Shown: one piece after another, positions 25,262-25,270 of the stretch
Numbering within the stretch: the first letter of the stretch is position 1
Layout: every line of letters begins with the position of its first letter
Assembly (NCBI GenBank): GCA_044869275.1
Contig: JBIOXB010000076.1
Location: 1 to 25,270 of the forward strand
Length of the DNA stretch: 25,270 nt
From: a bacterium
Lineage (GTDB): Bacteria > Zhuqueibacterota > Zhuqueibacteria > Zhuqueibacterales > Zhuqueibacteraceae
Direction of reading: 5' to 3'
Notes under the pieces: generated by a model
What the model saw: the letters and a program-made list of their open reading frames with translations, nothing else
The model's database searches: none
Told to the model about the DNA's origin: nothing
Made by a program: the position numbers and the translations under genes

Positions 25262-25270
25262 AGGAGAGTG

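Overview
GC-rich bacterial chromosomal segment, mostly housekeeping and cell-envelope genes. The gene mix suggests a Gram-negative FCB-affiliated lineage such as KSB1/Calditrichota/Ignavibacteria (inference). From the left: the 3' end of a GT2 glycosyltransferase, then a long minus-strand run (in transcription order acpS, nnr, vanZ-like, NHL propeller, a ~1190-aa predicted outer-membrane barrel, Omp85/TamA-like protein, DGGGP-synthase-like UbiA prenyltransferase, dtd, maf, rodZ, mpl, tandem-R3H protein). Next come an orphan ECF sigma factor, a minus-strand run (DUF151-UVR nuclease, clpS, tandem GNAT, namZ) and a plus-strand run (envC-like, holB, ricT/yaaT, metG). The best candidate for an undescribed system is the promoter-bounded two-gene module of a SprA-reminiscent giant barrel plus an Omp85 protein. 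Other notable items: a 116-bp MITE with target-site duplication carrying a REP doublet, heptamer repeats encoding signal-peptide segments, a KH-less double-R3H protein, an atypical ClpS coupled to a GNAT, and a decayed toxin-antitoxin remnant before metG. No rRNA, tRNA, CRISPR or intact transposase was seen. All calls come from motif recognition by eye, not database searches.
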